From positions 46,254,001 through 46,318,000 of the forward strand of contig CM052817.1 of the NCBI GenBank assembly GCA_028534125.1: a DNA stretch of 64,000 nucleotides. Direction: 5' to 3'. The first letter of the stretch is position 1; the number at the start of each line of letters is the position of its first letter. Below the pieces are notes generated by a model. The model saw only the letters and a list, made by a program, of their open reading frames with translations, did not search any database and was not told the DNA's origin. Below are positions 1 through 11,500 of the stretch, in pieces. The DNA is from Lama glama (lineage: Eukaryota). The position numbers were made by a program, and so were the translations under genes.

Positions 1-59
1 GAATACAGTTTTACAGAGAAAGTTTATACCAGTCAATACCTATAAACCTAAATTATTCC

Positions 60-1080
60 TTTAAACTGCTATCCATTGTGTATATGCACACCATTTTACT
101 TATCTAGTCCTCTGTTGGCAAAACTTTAGCTGTTTTCAGTTGTCCACTATTAAAAACAAACTGCAATAAGTATTTCTCTCTATCTAGGCCAGATTTCTCT
201 TTAGGCATCTAGAAAAAAATGGGATCTCTGGGTAACATGATATGCACATTTTCAGACTTAATAGCATTTTCAAGTAACCTCCTGGAGTGACTATAATGAA
301 GTACACTTTCCTCAGCACTGTGTACAAATATATGCTTTCCTGTATCCTTGCCAACATTTGTTATTATCAGACTTTTTATTCTTTGCCAATCTGATATGTA
401 TAAAAATTCTCTTTGTGGGGGGTGTTGCATTTGCCTGATTATTAGTGACATTGAGCAATTTTTCATGTTTATTGGCATTTAACATCCTCTTCTATAAATT
501 ATCCTTTTTAACATTAGATTTGTGTATTTTTCATCAGGATTTTTATAAAAAATTTAGCTATAATATACTGGATATCGATTCTTTGTCATTTATAATGCAA
601 ACATTTTGTCACAATATAATGCTTGTATTTTAATTTTTTAACAGACATGTTCTATAGATTTTTTAAAATTGATGTGTTGAATTACGGCAAGTTGCTTGTT
701 GATTTTCACTTATGTGTGTATCTGTGTGTTTGTGTGCGTCTTTCCTAAGACAGTTTTACCTGCTCTAAATTTATGAAAACATTCTCTTTTTCAATTCTCC
801 AGTGGAGTTTTATTTTTGGTCTTTTTACTTTATTCCATCTAGAATTAATTTCTACATATGGTGTGAGGTGGGAATCTAATTGGGTTTTTTTCCTAAATGG
901 GAAATCAAACGTTTTAACACTCTTAATTGAGTTGTTGTGTTTTCTTCTACTGTTTAATGACACCACCTGATTTCATATATATGTATGAGTTTTAAAATTT
1001 CCTTCCAATGATGTATTTGTCTTTTCTTGTGCCTATGCCATAATTTTAATTACTAATACTTTATAAAATAACCTGAGTTT
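60..1080 (-). mobile_element. Ancient degraded L1 (3' part and end of ORF2)
   Basis: Antisense L1 phrases such as atccttgccaaca, ttgcatttgcctgattattagtga and ggtgtgaggtgggaatctaat. Boundaries approximate. Confidence 0.75.
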
Positions 1081-1114
1081 TAATAAAGTATTACTATTCA
1101 TAATTAATAACTAA

Positions 1115-1310
1115 TATTTGCTGAGCACCTACACTGTGTCAGTATTCTAAATGCTTTGTGTGTATTATCTCTATTAAACCTTATAACAATGCTGTGATGT
1201 AGATATTATTATCAGGCCTATTTTAGAAATGAAGAAACTGAGGAACAGAAAGTTTAAGTAATCTGTGACCTAAGCAACAAGGTCATACAGCTAGTAAGTG
1301 AGAAAGCTGA
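1115..1310 (-). mobile_element. MIR SINE
   Basis: Reverse MIR core: attttagaaatgaagaaactgagg...aaggtcatacagctagtaagt. Confidence 0.85.
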
Positions 1311-1383
1311 GAAGCAGAAATTAAAAAAAAAAAAAGGTCTTCTCCCTTATTCTTTTTCTTCTACTGCTTATTACTTTTATAAA

Positions 1384-1512
1384 TAAGATGTCTGCATATT
1401 TTTTGGTCCAAAATAGGACAATTTTGAGAATAATAGGGAGCACTACTAAAAATAACATCAGGTTGCATAATCCTGAATTATTGCAAACAAATTATGACAT
1501 ATGATCACATTA
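1384..1512 (-). mobile_element. MER94-like hAT-Blackjack MITE
   Basis: gtccaaaataggacaattttgaga...gacatatgatcacatta resembles the recalled MER94 reverse consensus, with TAGGGTGACCATAT-type ends. Confidence 0.6.
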
Positions 1513-1806
1513 TTTATAAGATAACCCTTTTGTGAAATGAACCTTTCCATTTCCTTGCAAAATTATAATACTTGGAGATGGTATTGGATTTAAAGATTAA
1601 TTTGGGGATAATTAACATCCTTATATGAATAAATTCCTCTGTGCAAACACATGGGGTATATCTTCAATTTTTTTTCAGCCTTCCCCTTTGATTATATTTT
1701 ATAATTTCTTTCTACTTTCTTATTACTTTTGGTTAGTTTTATTCCTAGGAATTTTATTCCCAATTTTGCTACTATTGTGAATGAAATATGTTTTCTATTA
1801 CATTTT

Positions 1807-3646
1807 TATTGAGGTAAAATCACATACAACATTTCAGGTGTATAACAATGATTCAGTATTTGTATGTATTATAAAATGATCACCACAGTAAGTCTAGTTA
1901 ACATCCATCACCAACCTAGTTAGGTATTTTTTTCCCTGTGATGAGAAGTTTTAAGATTTACTCTCTTAGCAACTTGCAAATATGCAGTACAGTATTATTG
2001 ACTATGGTCACTTTGCTGTACATTACATCCCCATGACTTACGTATTTTATAACTGGAAGTTTGTACCTCTTGACTCCCTTCACCCATTTTACCCACCCAC
2101 CCATCCTCCACCTCTGGCAACCACCGATCTACTCTCTGTATCTATGAGCTTGTAATTTTGTTTGTTTGGTTGGATTTTTTTTTACAATTCTATGGTATTT
2201 GTCTTTCTCTGTCTATCTTATTTCATCTAGCATAATGCCCTCAAGGTCCAGCCATGTTGTTGCAAATGGCAAGGTTTCTTTTTTAATGGCTAAATAATAC
2301 TCCACCGGTGTTTGCATATATGTCACATTTTCTTTATTCATTCATCCACTGATGGACATTTACACTGTTTCTATGTCTTGGTTATTGTAAATAATACTGC
2401 AAATGAACATATCTTTTCAGGCTTAGTGGTTTTGTTTTCTATGATAATACCCAGAAGTGGAATTGCTGGATCATATGTATTTTTAATTTTGAGGAACTTC
2501 CATACTGTTTTCCAAAGTGGCTGCACCAATTTATATTTCCACCAACAGCGCACAAGAGTTCCCTTTTCTGCACATCCTTGCCAACACTCGTTACTTCCTG
2601 TCTTTTTGACAACAACTATTCTGGCAGGTGTGAGGTGGATATCTCATTGTGGTTTTGATTTGCATTTCCCTAATGATTAGTGACGTTGAGCCTCTTTTCA
2701 TGTGCCTATTGGTTATCTATATGTCTTCTTTGAAAAAATTCTATTCAAATCCTCTGCTCACTTTTTTAATTGTATTTTTTTCTTTGCTATTGAGTTGTAT
2801 GCATTTTCTCTATATTTTGGATATTAACTTATTAGATATATAATTTGCAAATATTTTCTCCCATTCAGTTTGTAGCCTTTTCATTTTGTTGATGGTTTCC
2901 TCCTTTGCTGTGCAGAAGCTTTTTAGTTGGATGTAGTCCTCCTACTTGTTGATTTTTTTTGCTCTTGATGCCTCAGCTTTTGGTGTCAAATCCAAAAAGT
3001 CATTGCCAAGACTGAGTCAAGGAGCTTATCCCCTATGTTTTCTTTAGAATTTTTATGGTTTCAGGTCTTACATTCAAGTCTTTATCCATTTTGAGTTAAC
3101 TTTTTGGATGGTATAAAATATGGTCTAATGTTGCTGTCTAATTTTCTGAACACTATTGTATATTCTTGGCTCCTTTGTTGTAAATTTTTGCATTTATTTG
3201 TGGGACCTCCATCCTGTTCCATTGATCTATGTGTCTGTTTTCATTCTAATACCATTCTGTTTTGATTACTATAGCTCTGTTATACAGTTGAAAATCAGGG
3301 AGCATGGTGCCTCTTGCTTTATTCTTCTTTCTCAAAACTGCTTTGGTTATTTGAGGTCTTTTGTGGGCCCATAAAATTTTAGAATTATTTGTTCTATTTC
3401 TGTGAAAAATGCCACTGGAATTTTGATAAGGATTACATTAAATCTGTAGATTGCTTTGTGTAGTATGGACAGTCTAACAATATTAATTCTTCCAATCCTT
3501 GAGCAGGGAATATTTTTCCATTTATTTGTGTCTTCTTTAATTTCCTTCATCAATGTCTTACAGTTTTCAGTGTACAGTTCTTTTACTTCCTTGGTTAAAT
3601 TTACTCCTAGGTATTTTACTCTTGTTGATGCAATTATAAACTGGAA
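1807..3646 (-). mobile_element. 5'-truncated L1 (L1MA9-like) with a 15-bp target-site duplication
   Basis: ORF2 C-terminal remnants in the ORF track ([15 protein letters not shown]..., [16 protein letters not shown]...). tttctattacatttt occurs at 1792-1806 and 3647-3661. Confidence 0.92.
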
Positions 3647-6369
3647 TTTCTATTACATTTTATAATTGTGTATTATTGACGTCTGTGAATACACTTTTTA
3701 TTATAAAATGTCCCTCTTTAATCTCTAGTGACTTTTTTGTTAGTTTGTTTTAAAGTCTGTTTTGTACATTGGTATAGCCACTCTTGTTTTCTTATGGTTG
3801 TTTTTTGCACCTTTTTACTTTTGAACCTATTTGTATTTTCACATCTAAAGTGTGTCTCCTGTAGACAACATATAGTTAGATCTTGCCTTTATACCAGTCT
3901 GACAATCCCTGACTTTTCACTGGATTGCTTAATCAATTCATATGTACTGTTATATATATGTATTGCTATATTGTCTTCTACTTCTGTTTGGGGGACTCAT
4001 TTTAAAGGAGATAAATTTCCTGAGTCCTTACGTATCTGGAAATTTCTTTGTTTCTTTGTCACTTCTGAGTGATAGTTTAGCTAGGTACAAATTTCTACAT
4101 TAATTTCTCTCCTTCAAATACTCTGTTGTCTTCTGGCACCAAAACCATTGACAGTCTTCATTCAGATCCTTATTTGTTTATAGATACTCTCTTTTTCTCT
4201 TGTAACTTTTAGGATTCTCAATGTTCTTAAGTTTTAATTTTATGTACCTAAGTATAATTACTTTATTTTAATACACCTCAGCACTTGGTAAATTTTTTCA
4301 AACTCAGGACTCATATCTTTCTTTAGCTTCATAAAATTGTCAGTGATCTTCCTTTAAAGTGTTTTGTTTACATTTATCTCTAATATCTCCTCCTGGAAGA
4401 GTTTCTTGATTTATCATCCATATCCCAAGTCATACATTATAGCTGTTTATCTCTTTTTGTTGAATTCTGGGATGCATTCATTTTATTATTCCAGTGGATT
4501 TACTTTTATGCTATGTTCAGCACTATTCAGTCTACTTACAAAGTTTTATTTTTTTTTTAATTTCAATAACTATATTCTTCATTTCCAATGTTTCTAATTA
4601 ATTACTTATTAATTATTTTTCATAATTAGTTTTTCTTGTATAACCTCCATTCTTGTTTTTAAACTGTCATTCTTCTCTCATGGATGTAATCCCTTCTTTA
4701 TCTTGGTAATAGCATCAGAGTAACTTTTTTGAAAGTCCTTTCCGGTTGTGCTACTGGGCTTATTTTTCTTAGTCAGCTTTTTTATTTACTGAGTTTGTTG
4801 TTTCTCCTTTATTGCCTATGTAGTCATTTTCCATAAGATATCTCCTCCTAGGGCATGCTGGACTTTTACACAAGTTTGTGGGGCCTCAACACGGGCTCCG
4901 CTGATAGTCTGGCTCCAGAGCAGGCCTAGCACTCAGGGCAGCACTCTTCACAGATCCTTTTCCAGATGTGCTCCTGCTGAGGTGCAGATCCGCTGACCCC
5001 TGTCAGTGCACAGGCTGTGCTGCAGGAGCCCCACACTGTATGGCAGGAGGCACTGCTGTTCTCAGCTCAGCCAGGACAGTAGACAGCAGTGGCACCTTTC
5101 CCAGAACCCAGTTTCATTCAGGCTGTGCAGATGTGGTCCTGAGCCTTGTGCACAACTTGTGTGGGCATAAAGATGCCAGCACTTTTCCCCAAGCATTCAC
5201 CTGGGTCTCAGCCCTCTCCTACCTATGGACTGACCTCACAGCTTCAGGCTGTTCTGAATTCTATTTGTTCCTATTGCCTTCTTCTTTGAGGGGAATATCC
5301 TTATTCTAGGCCACAGAGAGCCCTCTTTCTTGTTTTCTAGAATAACTGTGTTTTTAAATTAAAAATGTTTTGCCGCATTGTCAAACGGTAGACAAAACAT
5401 TTTATTTCCCACTATGCTCTTAGGAGAAGGGCTGGTTCGATTTCAATCGATCACATTCCAGTTTAGGTGTATCCTGAATTTTGAGACTTGGTTTCACTGC
5501 TGAAAATGTCAAAAACAGCTAGTTTCATATTACATTCAGTTCTTGGAAAAACTAAGGCTGGGTGTACCCAGTGATCTAGAAATGTGAGTATGACACAAGT
5601 CCCTGCGGGGAGGACTACAGAGCTTCTGAGAGACAGCTCCCCCAGGTCTGCACATGACAACCATCTGGGGAGCTGTGAGTCCTCTCAATGACCAGGCTGC
5701 AACTAAATCAGAATTTCTGTGGCTGGAACTTCAGCACTTTTGAAGTTCCTCAGCGGATTCACACGGGTAGCCAAGGTTGAGCTCCTGCTCTAAAGAGAGA
5801 GTCAGGTGTATATGGTGGGCGTCAGCCAGCGTATTTATTGTTAGAGGAGAGAGAAGTCTCAGTAGCTCTCAGTGTTCATAACTCAGACTGGGCTTTATCC
5901 AGGCTCCCATAGGGCTCGTTCATTGCAAAAAGGGAGAAACCATGAATGAAAAATAGCAAGGTGTCTTTCCTTTAAAAGTCTGTAGTATTCTAAGAAAGCA
6001 TACCGTGAGGAAGAGGCCTTCTTTCCCATTTTGCAGTTCCATCGTGAGGGCCCAGCGCACGTAGGATGGAGTGTGCAGTTAAGAGACTGTGTCTGGCCAT
6101 GGCGACAGCTGTTCTTGGCAGGAAAAGAAAATGCAACCTCGTCTCTACATGAGCCCGTGTTGTGGGCAGAGGGTGACGAGGGGTTGAAGTAAAAGAGAAC
6201 ACCATGTGAAACTGACTGGCTTTGTTAGGGAGAATAAAAACTCTTTTTTGAGAGACTCAAAAATAACAGCAAAGGGATAAGACAAAATTTAAAAGAATTA
6301 TAGAGAAAAATCTCTATAAAGTTTTAGCACGACAAAGAAAATATCCAGATAAGAAAAATCCTCATTGTT

Positions 6370-6560
6370 CCAACAGGTATTTGCTGAATAGCTACTATGT
6401 GCCAGGTGCTATAGTAGGTGATGGGGAGACAGCAATGAACAAGATAACAAAAATCCCTTCCCTAATGGAGCCTACATTTTCACAGGGAAGACAGCCGATA
6501 AGCAAATAAATACATACATAACACAATGTCTGCTAATGACTGGTGCCAGAAAGAAAAATA
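6370..6560 (-). mobile_element. L2 LINE 3' fragment
   Basis: tatttgctgaatagctactatgtgccagg...ccctaatggagcctacatt is the reverse of the L2 3' end. Confidence 0.8.
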
Positions 6561-6651
6561 AAAAGCTGTTATTTTTAGATAGGCCTCTCTAAACATATGC
6601 CATCTAAACATATGATAAAGACACAGGAATGAAAAGTGTTGTTATGTAAAT

Positions 6652-7395
6652 CAGTGCTTCTCAAACTTTTTGGCTTCAGGACTATTTTACATTTTTAAAA
6701 ATTATCAAAGATCCAGAAGAGCTTTGTTTATGTGGCTTATATCCATTGATTTTACCATGTAAGCAATGAAAACTGATAAACTATTTAAATATTTATTTCA
6801 TTCTTTGCAAAAAAATAATAACCCTATTACATGCTAAAATAAATAACACATCTTTATTAACATAACTAAATATCCCCATGCAAAAAGAGAAGAGAGTCGC
6901 TGTTTTACAGTTTTGATAATCTTTTAATCTCCAGCTTAACACAGAAGGCTGGATTCTCAAATTCTGCATCCAGTGTCACATACATGTACTTGGAAAAGGG
7001 AGGAGTGCAGTAATAGCCTTTTAATTGTGGTTATCTGTCTCTGAATCTATACCAAGACTTGACAAGTAATAGTTTCTTAAAGGTTACTTACAATGTGGAT
7101 TTGGAAGCCATTTCAATGAGCTTTCCATACTCTGTCATATTAAAACCCAATATTGTTCTATCATGCATTTGAACGGATTTAGTGACATCATGTGTCACTT
7201 AGTTGGAAAATATCACTTCATTGAGTTACATATATCTTCCTAATATCATCACATATCATTAAACAATATTTTAAAAATCCTATTCATTAATATCACCATT
7301 AATCTCACGAGAAAAGAAAGTTTTGGGAAGCTGTCAAGCTCATAGTGGGGACACTGCTTTTGCAAAATACTAAGTTTGCTTGAAATCAAACTGTA
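6652..7395. mobile_element. hAT-Charlie1-type DNA transposon fragment
   Basis: Starts with the terminal sequence cagtgcttctcaaactttttgg and continues with Charlie1-like gagctttgtttatgtgg and ttttgggaagctgtcaagctca. Confidence 0.8.
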
Positions 7396-8443
7396 ACCTA
7401 GCCCAGGGGGCTAGACCAAGTCCACCACAACTCACCTGGGTGCCTTTTGTACCTGGTATCAGACTTTGCTTTCATATCTTCCTTCCCACTGGCAAAAGCA
7501 GAGCATCAGGCACTCTGACCCATTTCCTTCAAAACCAATGGAAGGATGTGTCTTTACCACCAAGCCAAGACCTCCCCACCCCCCCATCTCTCTGATCTGA
7601 GGATCACTTTCCAGCACATGGAAAGACTGTGGTGATGGATATAATGAGTGATCTCACTCTTCACTTGAGACCCCACCCCCCAAAAACAGAGTGGCACAAC
7701 CTTAACATAATAATCACTTAACAACAGTTGGGACAAATAGTAACAAGAGGATTGTTCTCTCACACCTATCAACAAACTGAATGGTGTTAGTTCTAATTTG
7801 AGTCCTCCATAAAGCATAAAAGCAATATTATTAAACAATATTTGGAGCCAAACCTTAGAGTCCTTAGAGCTATAGACGGGCTCAGTGTGCAAGCCAAAGT
7901 GAGGAAAGAATGGGCACTTTGAGAGAATGAGAAAAGGGATTTAATGGGTGGCTCTGTTACCTTGCCTACAAGCTTTGTTTTGGGAGAATAACTTGTTACT
8001 TATAACCTTGTGATACAAGGACCAAAAAAAATTAAGGGCAACACATTCATAATCATTTGGAACACTAAAAATATCCAGAGCATTGAATGCTGAAGAGGCT
8101 TGAGATAAAAGCAGGGAAATCAAGGGAATAATTTTTTTTAGGTTGAAAAAAAAAAGCTTCTTAGAGACCAACAAATAAAATACCAAAAAAAAAAAAAAAA
8201 AGCCAGTGCTTGCAAAATCCACATAAATGGATGTGAGAAAGTGCCAAGACTTTGTGATGATGTTCTGATCCTACCATGACCACCCCTCCCCATGTAGCCT
8301 AATAGGGGTGTAGTGAGACAAGAGGCTGACATTTGGGAGTGCAAGGATGGCCAACAGAGCCCATCCTCAGGGAACTCAAATGTACTAGGTGGGAGATGAC
8401 TGGTAAAACTGGAATGCACTGTAATAAAAACACACCAAAGTCC

Positions 8444-8581
8444 AGAGGGTATAGCTCAGTGGTAGAGCACATGCTTAGCATGCATGAGGTCCTGGGTTCA
8501 ATTCCCCATACCTCCATTAGAAAAAAAATTAAAATAAACCTAATTACCTCCCCCCCTAAAACAACAACAATTAAAAAAAAA
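8444..8581 (+). mobile_element. tRNA-Ala-derived camelid SINE (vic-1 type)
   Basis: Head gagggtatagctcagtggtagagcacatgcttagcatgcatgaggtcctgggttcaattcccc with Pol III A and B boxes, tail aataaacctaattacctccccc and an A-rich end. Imperfect flanking repeat aaaaa(c/t)acacca. Confidence 0.9.
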
Positions 8582-11500
8582 TACACCAGATGTATACAAA
8601 GTGCCTAGTTAAAACTAGTAAAAGGAAAGAAAACTGTGAAGGTCTTATTTGCTTATTATTAATAAATCCTTAAAAATATATGCCAGCCGAACAGCCACTT
8701 CCTCTGGCAGGTCTTCTGTGGTTACACCGGTCCTGATACTGACCAAGTCCCCCTCCATATATGCACACATAGCCCCTGCACTTTCCGTTGTGTTTTAAAA
8801 TTCTGCCATTACATTTGCATGTTACTATTTGATTAATGTCTGTTTATAGTAGACTATAAGCTCCACGAGGGCAGAAGCTGAGTTTTGTTGTCCACCCAAC
8901 ACGAAGGCAGCACCTGGCACTACCGGTGCCCGGTCAACATGCTGCGTAAATGAAGGGAGAAAGGGAGAGTGTAGCTTTAGACCATCTTGAGACGCTGTTA
9001 GAAAGTGGCACGTTAATCAAGTTAGGAGAAAGACAAAAGGAGAAGAGTCCCAAAGGAAAATAGGAAAGTCACCAGGGCTCTTGTTCTGTGTAACTTGGTG
9101 GAAAGGAGTTAATGTGAGAAAGCAAGAGAATATAGTTCAGTAAGCGTCTGTTAGGTAACAGATAAATCCTCGGAAGTCTGACCAGTCAACACAAAGCATT
9201 CTTTGTGAGCTGTTTCTTTTTTCTTGGTAGTGAGGAAGAAATAGCTCCCAAGAGGAAAGAACGTTCTTTGAAGTAGTTCCTCTCATTTGGGCCTTCATTT
9301 AATTGGCTTGGCTGGTCCTGCAAGGCAGTAGTGAAGCAATGGGAAAGGGAAACAGCTGTGCCTCTGACAGTCGTGGGAGCGTCTCACCTGGCAGTGGAAG
9401 CAAGGACTGGCAGGATGGAGAGAGAGGTGAGCAGAAATGGCAGTAGTTCCAGTTCACAAATCCCAGGGGGTAAGGTGGATGTATACCAGTTATCTGCTCC
9501 ATATGGCACAATCAAAGTATGGTCTGAGAAGTTCCCCATGTAGAAAATTGGAATGATAATGCAGCTCTCCACTGGGAATTAGTAGTTCCTCCGTAGGGTA
9601 AGCAGGTTTGCCATTTGGTCTGCACAAGCATGTGGTCGGAGTCGTTGGAAAGAACTTGGGCTCTGGAGGCAAATAAATCTCCCCTTGACAATTATAAATT
9701 GTGTGTTCTCACACTAATGGTAAGATTATATTCCACATTTATAAAAATAAACGCAATGACACTTCCCAAAGCCCTAAGTTTGCTGTAAAAATAAAATTAG
9801 ATGAAAGCACAGAACTTGGCACATGGCGGCATTTGATGAATGACAATTGCCTTTGGCTTCTTAGTTTTTTAACTGAAATCTCAAACACAGTATGAACATT
9901 GTGTTGTATATAGCTTTACTGATATTAAGTTGCTGTAAGTGACCTTCTTCCTATGTAACTAAAATATCTGTCTTTATTTTTAAGTTGCTTCAAACTTTTT
10001 TTCCTTCGAAAAAGTCAAGGTGTAATTAAATTTCCATAAATAAATGTTGTTAACCTCCTGGCAATTTTAGCAATTCAATTTATTTTGTGAATATCCCTAG
10101 TTATTTCGATAGGATAAAAAACAAATATGGCTTAATGGATCACATGTAAATAAACTAAAGTTGCCCCAATTTTACCTCTTTTATCCACTGTTGTTATGTG
10201 ACTATGACTGCCAGCTGATTCCAGGAAACCAATGTGATAATTAGTGAGCCATATTTTGTGTCTTTGTTCAGGGGAGGGAGGGGTGCCTTTCCCTTCCATA
10301 ATTATTCTAGGATTAGGGGTGTACCAACCAGTTTCCATCGAGTTTACAGGCCAGAATCCCTAATGAGGCACACTGGATGGTGAGAAAACTTTTAATGAGT
10401 ATATAAGAATAAACAGTAGGTTAAAAAAAAGTTTTGATTTGATCTCTAACTTAATTCCTCGGCCATGAAAACACACAAAAAATATACCAGGAGTTAACAT
10501 TTTTTCAGCTGGAACACATACTTTGCTAAAAACAAATAAGGGTCTAATGACCAAAAAAATGGAGATGATAGGATAACTTCTGCCCTTTTCAACAGATTAT
10601 TGACTCCTAAAGACGGTCACATCACTCTGAGAATAGGCTCTTTAGCATTGCCACGTGTTGTGAAAGGGACACATATGGCAGGCTGTTTTGTAAAAGCAGA
10701 ACTGGAATAAAGATGTAGAAATACTCTACTCAGATGAGTAAAATGCCAAGTCTTTTGAATGTATGAATGTGAAACGTTATTAATTGGCAGGGAGTTATAG
10801 AATTGTAGATATAACTCTGCAAGCTTTGCAGATTTAAACCTCACATTTGTTTTTGCCTTCCTTAAATATGCCCCTTGGGTTCTATTGGAAAGTGTTACTA
10901 ATAAAATGTGGAGTGTGACCAATACAGCTATAAATTCTCGAGAAACAGTATGCATGCTTGATGCCTGCTCCTGCAGTTATTATAACACTTTCATTTAAGA
11001 TAAAATAAACAAGGAAAATAAAAGCACACCTGCTTTCCAAAATTATGGCAATAATAGCCAAAAGCAGAATGAAGAATCGATGTCAGGGTTTAGAGTCAGA
11101 TGGGGTTCCCCATCCTGCTCCAACCACTTCATTCTATGACCACAGGCAAATCAATTCATTTTAAGCCTCAACTTTTTGCATCTATAAGGATAATTAACTT
11201 ACTGACCTCAAAAGGGTACTGTGATATTTAAATAAGATGATGTTTCAGAAATGCTCAATAAATATTAGTCCTTATTATCACAATAAATAAACATTATGAA
11301 CACCAATATTTAAATAAAATGATGAAAAGCCTATACTGAAACTCTCTATTCAAGAGAGAGTTTTGAAATCTGTTTGATACTATTATTTTAAATTATTGTA
11401 AAAATCTGATATATTTTAAATTATTATTTTATTATTATTATTTTAAAATCTGTTTGATAACCACTATATTTTAAAAAATAATGTTCTATGATATTCAGAA

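Noticed and set aside
6244..6319. Two short hairpins (tttttgag-aga-ctcaaaaa, ttatagaga-aaaa-tctctataa)
   Set aside because: AT-rich stems of 8-9 bp are expected by chance in 64 kb, and terminator logic does not apply to a mammalian intron.
8446..8516. Apparent tRNA-Ala(AGC) gene
   Set aside because: It has a SINE tail, an A-rich end and a flanking repeat, and a second copy lies at 22893. It is a retroposed SINE, not a tRNA gene.
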